A DNA stretch of 64,000 nt from Theionarchaea archaeon. Its GTDB lineage: Archaea; Methanobacteriota_B; Thermococci; Methanofastidiosales; SZ-28-30. The notes below the pieces were generated by a model. The model searched no databases, was not told the origin of the DNA, and saw only the letters and a program-made list of their open reading frames with translations. The position numbers and the translations under genes were made by a program. The first letter of the stretch is position 1. Every line of letters starts with the position of its first letter. Positions 63,314 to 64,000 of the stretch are shown one piece after another. The stretch lies in assembly GCA_018992685.1 (NCBI GenBank), contig JACVGT010000014.1:29040-93039 (forward strand), given 5' to 3'.

Positions 63314-64000
63314 TCCGATAGAACCTTCAAAGAAAGACTTTGAACAGGGGTGGAAAGGGGAGAGTTCGAGATTCTATGGATCCAAAGGATTTGTTCTACC
63401 CTCTCGAAAGGGTAAACGACATCCTCTTTCAGTACACCTGAGGAAGATAGAGGATATCCTTCTGGACATGGGGTTCGACCAGGTCTTTCTCAAACCTGTG
63501 TGGGATGAAAAGCATGTCCACTTGCAGTACGGACCTGAAGCCCCTGCGATCTTGGATCGATTATACTACCTGGCATCACTGCCCCGTCCTGATATTGGTG
63601 TCCCCCAGGAGATCGAGAATGCCATACTGGAGAGATGTGCTCCCGACATGGGGGAGTTGAAGCAGATTTTCAGGGACTACAAGATGGGTATGATTGATTC
63701 AGGGGAGTTGGTTGAGACGTTTGTCCACAGGTTAGGAATTGCCACGGAAGACGCCCTGTATGTCCTGTCGTTATTTCCCGAGCTGGCAGACATAAAGCCA
63801 GACCCGACCTCCAAAACGTTGATCAGTCATTTTACCACAGCCTGGTTTCCCACGTTAGCATCTTTGAGGAGGGACCCTCCAGTGCTCTTGTATACCTGGG
63901 GATGGCGATTCAGAAGAGAGCAAAAAGAAGATGCCAGTCATTTGAGAGCCCACTATAACCTCAGTCTGGTAGTCATGGGGGACCTGGGCATTGAGGATGG
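63310..64000 (+). CDS. sepS: O-phosphoseryl-tRNA(Cys) synthetase SepRS, N-terminal ~230 aa (3' end beyond window)
   Basis: KGKRHPLSVHLRKIEDILLDMGFDQVFLKPVWDEKHVHLQYGPEAPAILDRLYYLASLPRPDIGVP ... SHFTTAWFPTLA ... WRFRREQKEDASHLRAHY aligns to the SepRS catalytic core. The frame is open to the window end. Confidence 0.8.

Overview
Archaeal chromosomal segment of about 47% GC carrying an archaeal histone, PCNA, GINS, eS27/eL42, aIF2-alpha, Nop10, exosome Csl4, Rpo11, Dph2, an intron-containing tRNA, the 5' end of SepRS, and BRE/TATA boxes about 27 bp before many start codons. Coding density is high, with genes on both strands. The centrepiece is a contiguous ~10 kb heterodisulfide-reductase/[NiFe]-hydrogenase locus, hdrC-hdrB-hdrA-mvhD-hdrA(large)-mvhD-mvhG-mvhA (18377-28260). 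It contains a second, 989-aa HdrA-like protein with a rearranged and duplicated domain order. It also contains an MvhD copy fused to a winged-helix-like tail. Two divergent TldD/PmbA peptidase pairs lie 53 kb apart: 3323-6056 on the plus strand and 57641-60396 on the minus strand. A conserved informational block sits at 35406-38729: PCNA-Gins51-L44e-S27e-aIF2a-Nop10-PAC2. S27e and Nop10 were recovered by hand because both fall below the 60-aa cutoff of the ORF track. An exosome-superoperon fragment lies at 31623-34948: dph2, methyltransferase, csl4, rpoL, a hypothetical and a DUF99 protein. A fused GuaA sits divergent from a PurR-like HTH-PRTase gene. The two-subunit aconitase-X (phosphomevalonate dehydratase) genes lie just downstream of an intron-bearing tRNA(CAU). 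Neighbouring genes encode a Roadblock/LC7 plus V4R (Bet3-like) pair and radical-SAM Taw1. Accessory-looking features are also present: an orphan 322-aa HTH protein flanked by long AT-rich spacers that carry a perfect palindrome and a 30-bp-period direct repeat; a secreted poly-acidic protein with 7 perfect 18-bp tandem repeats; a PP-loop-degenerate ThiI/THUMP-like protein; and a large secreted TIM-barrel-like protein with a coiled-coil stalk and C-terminal anchor. No CRISPR array, transposase or integrase was seen. All calls rest on reading the sequence and recalled family signatures; none were checked against a database.
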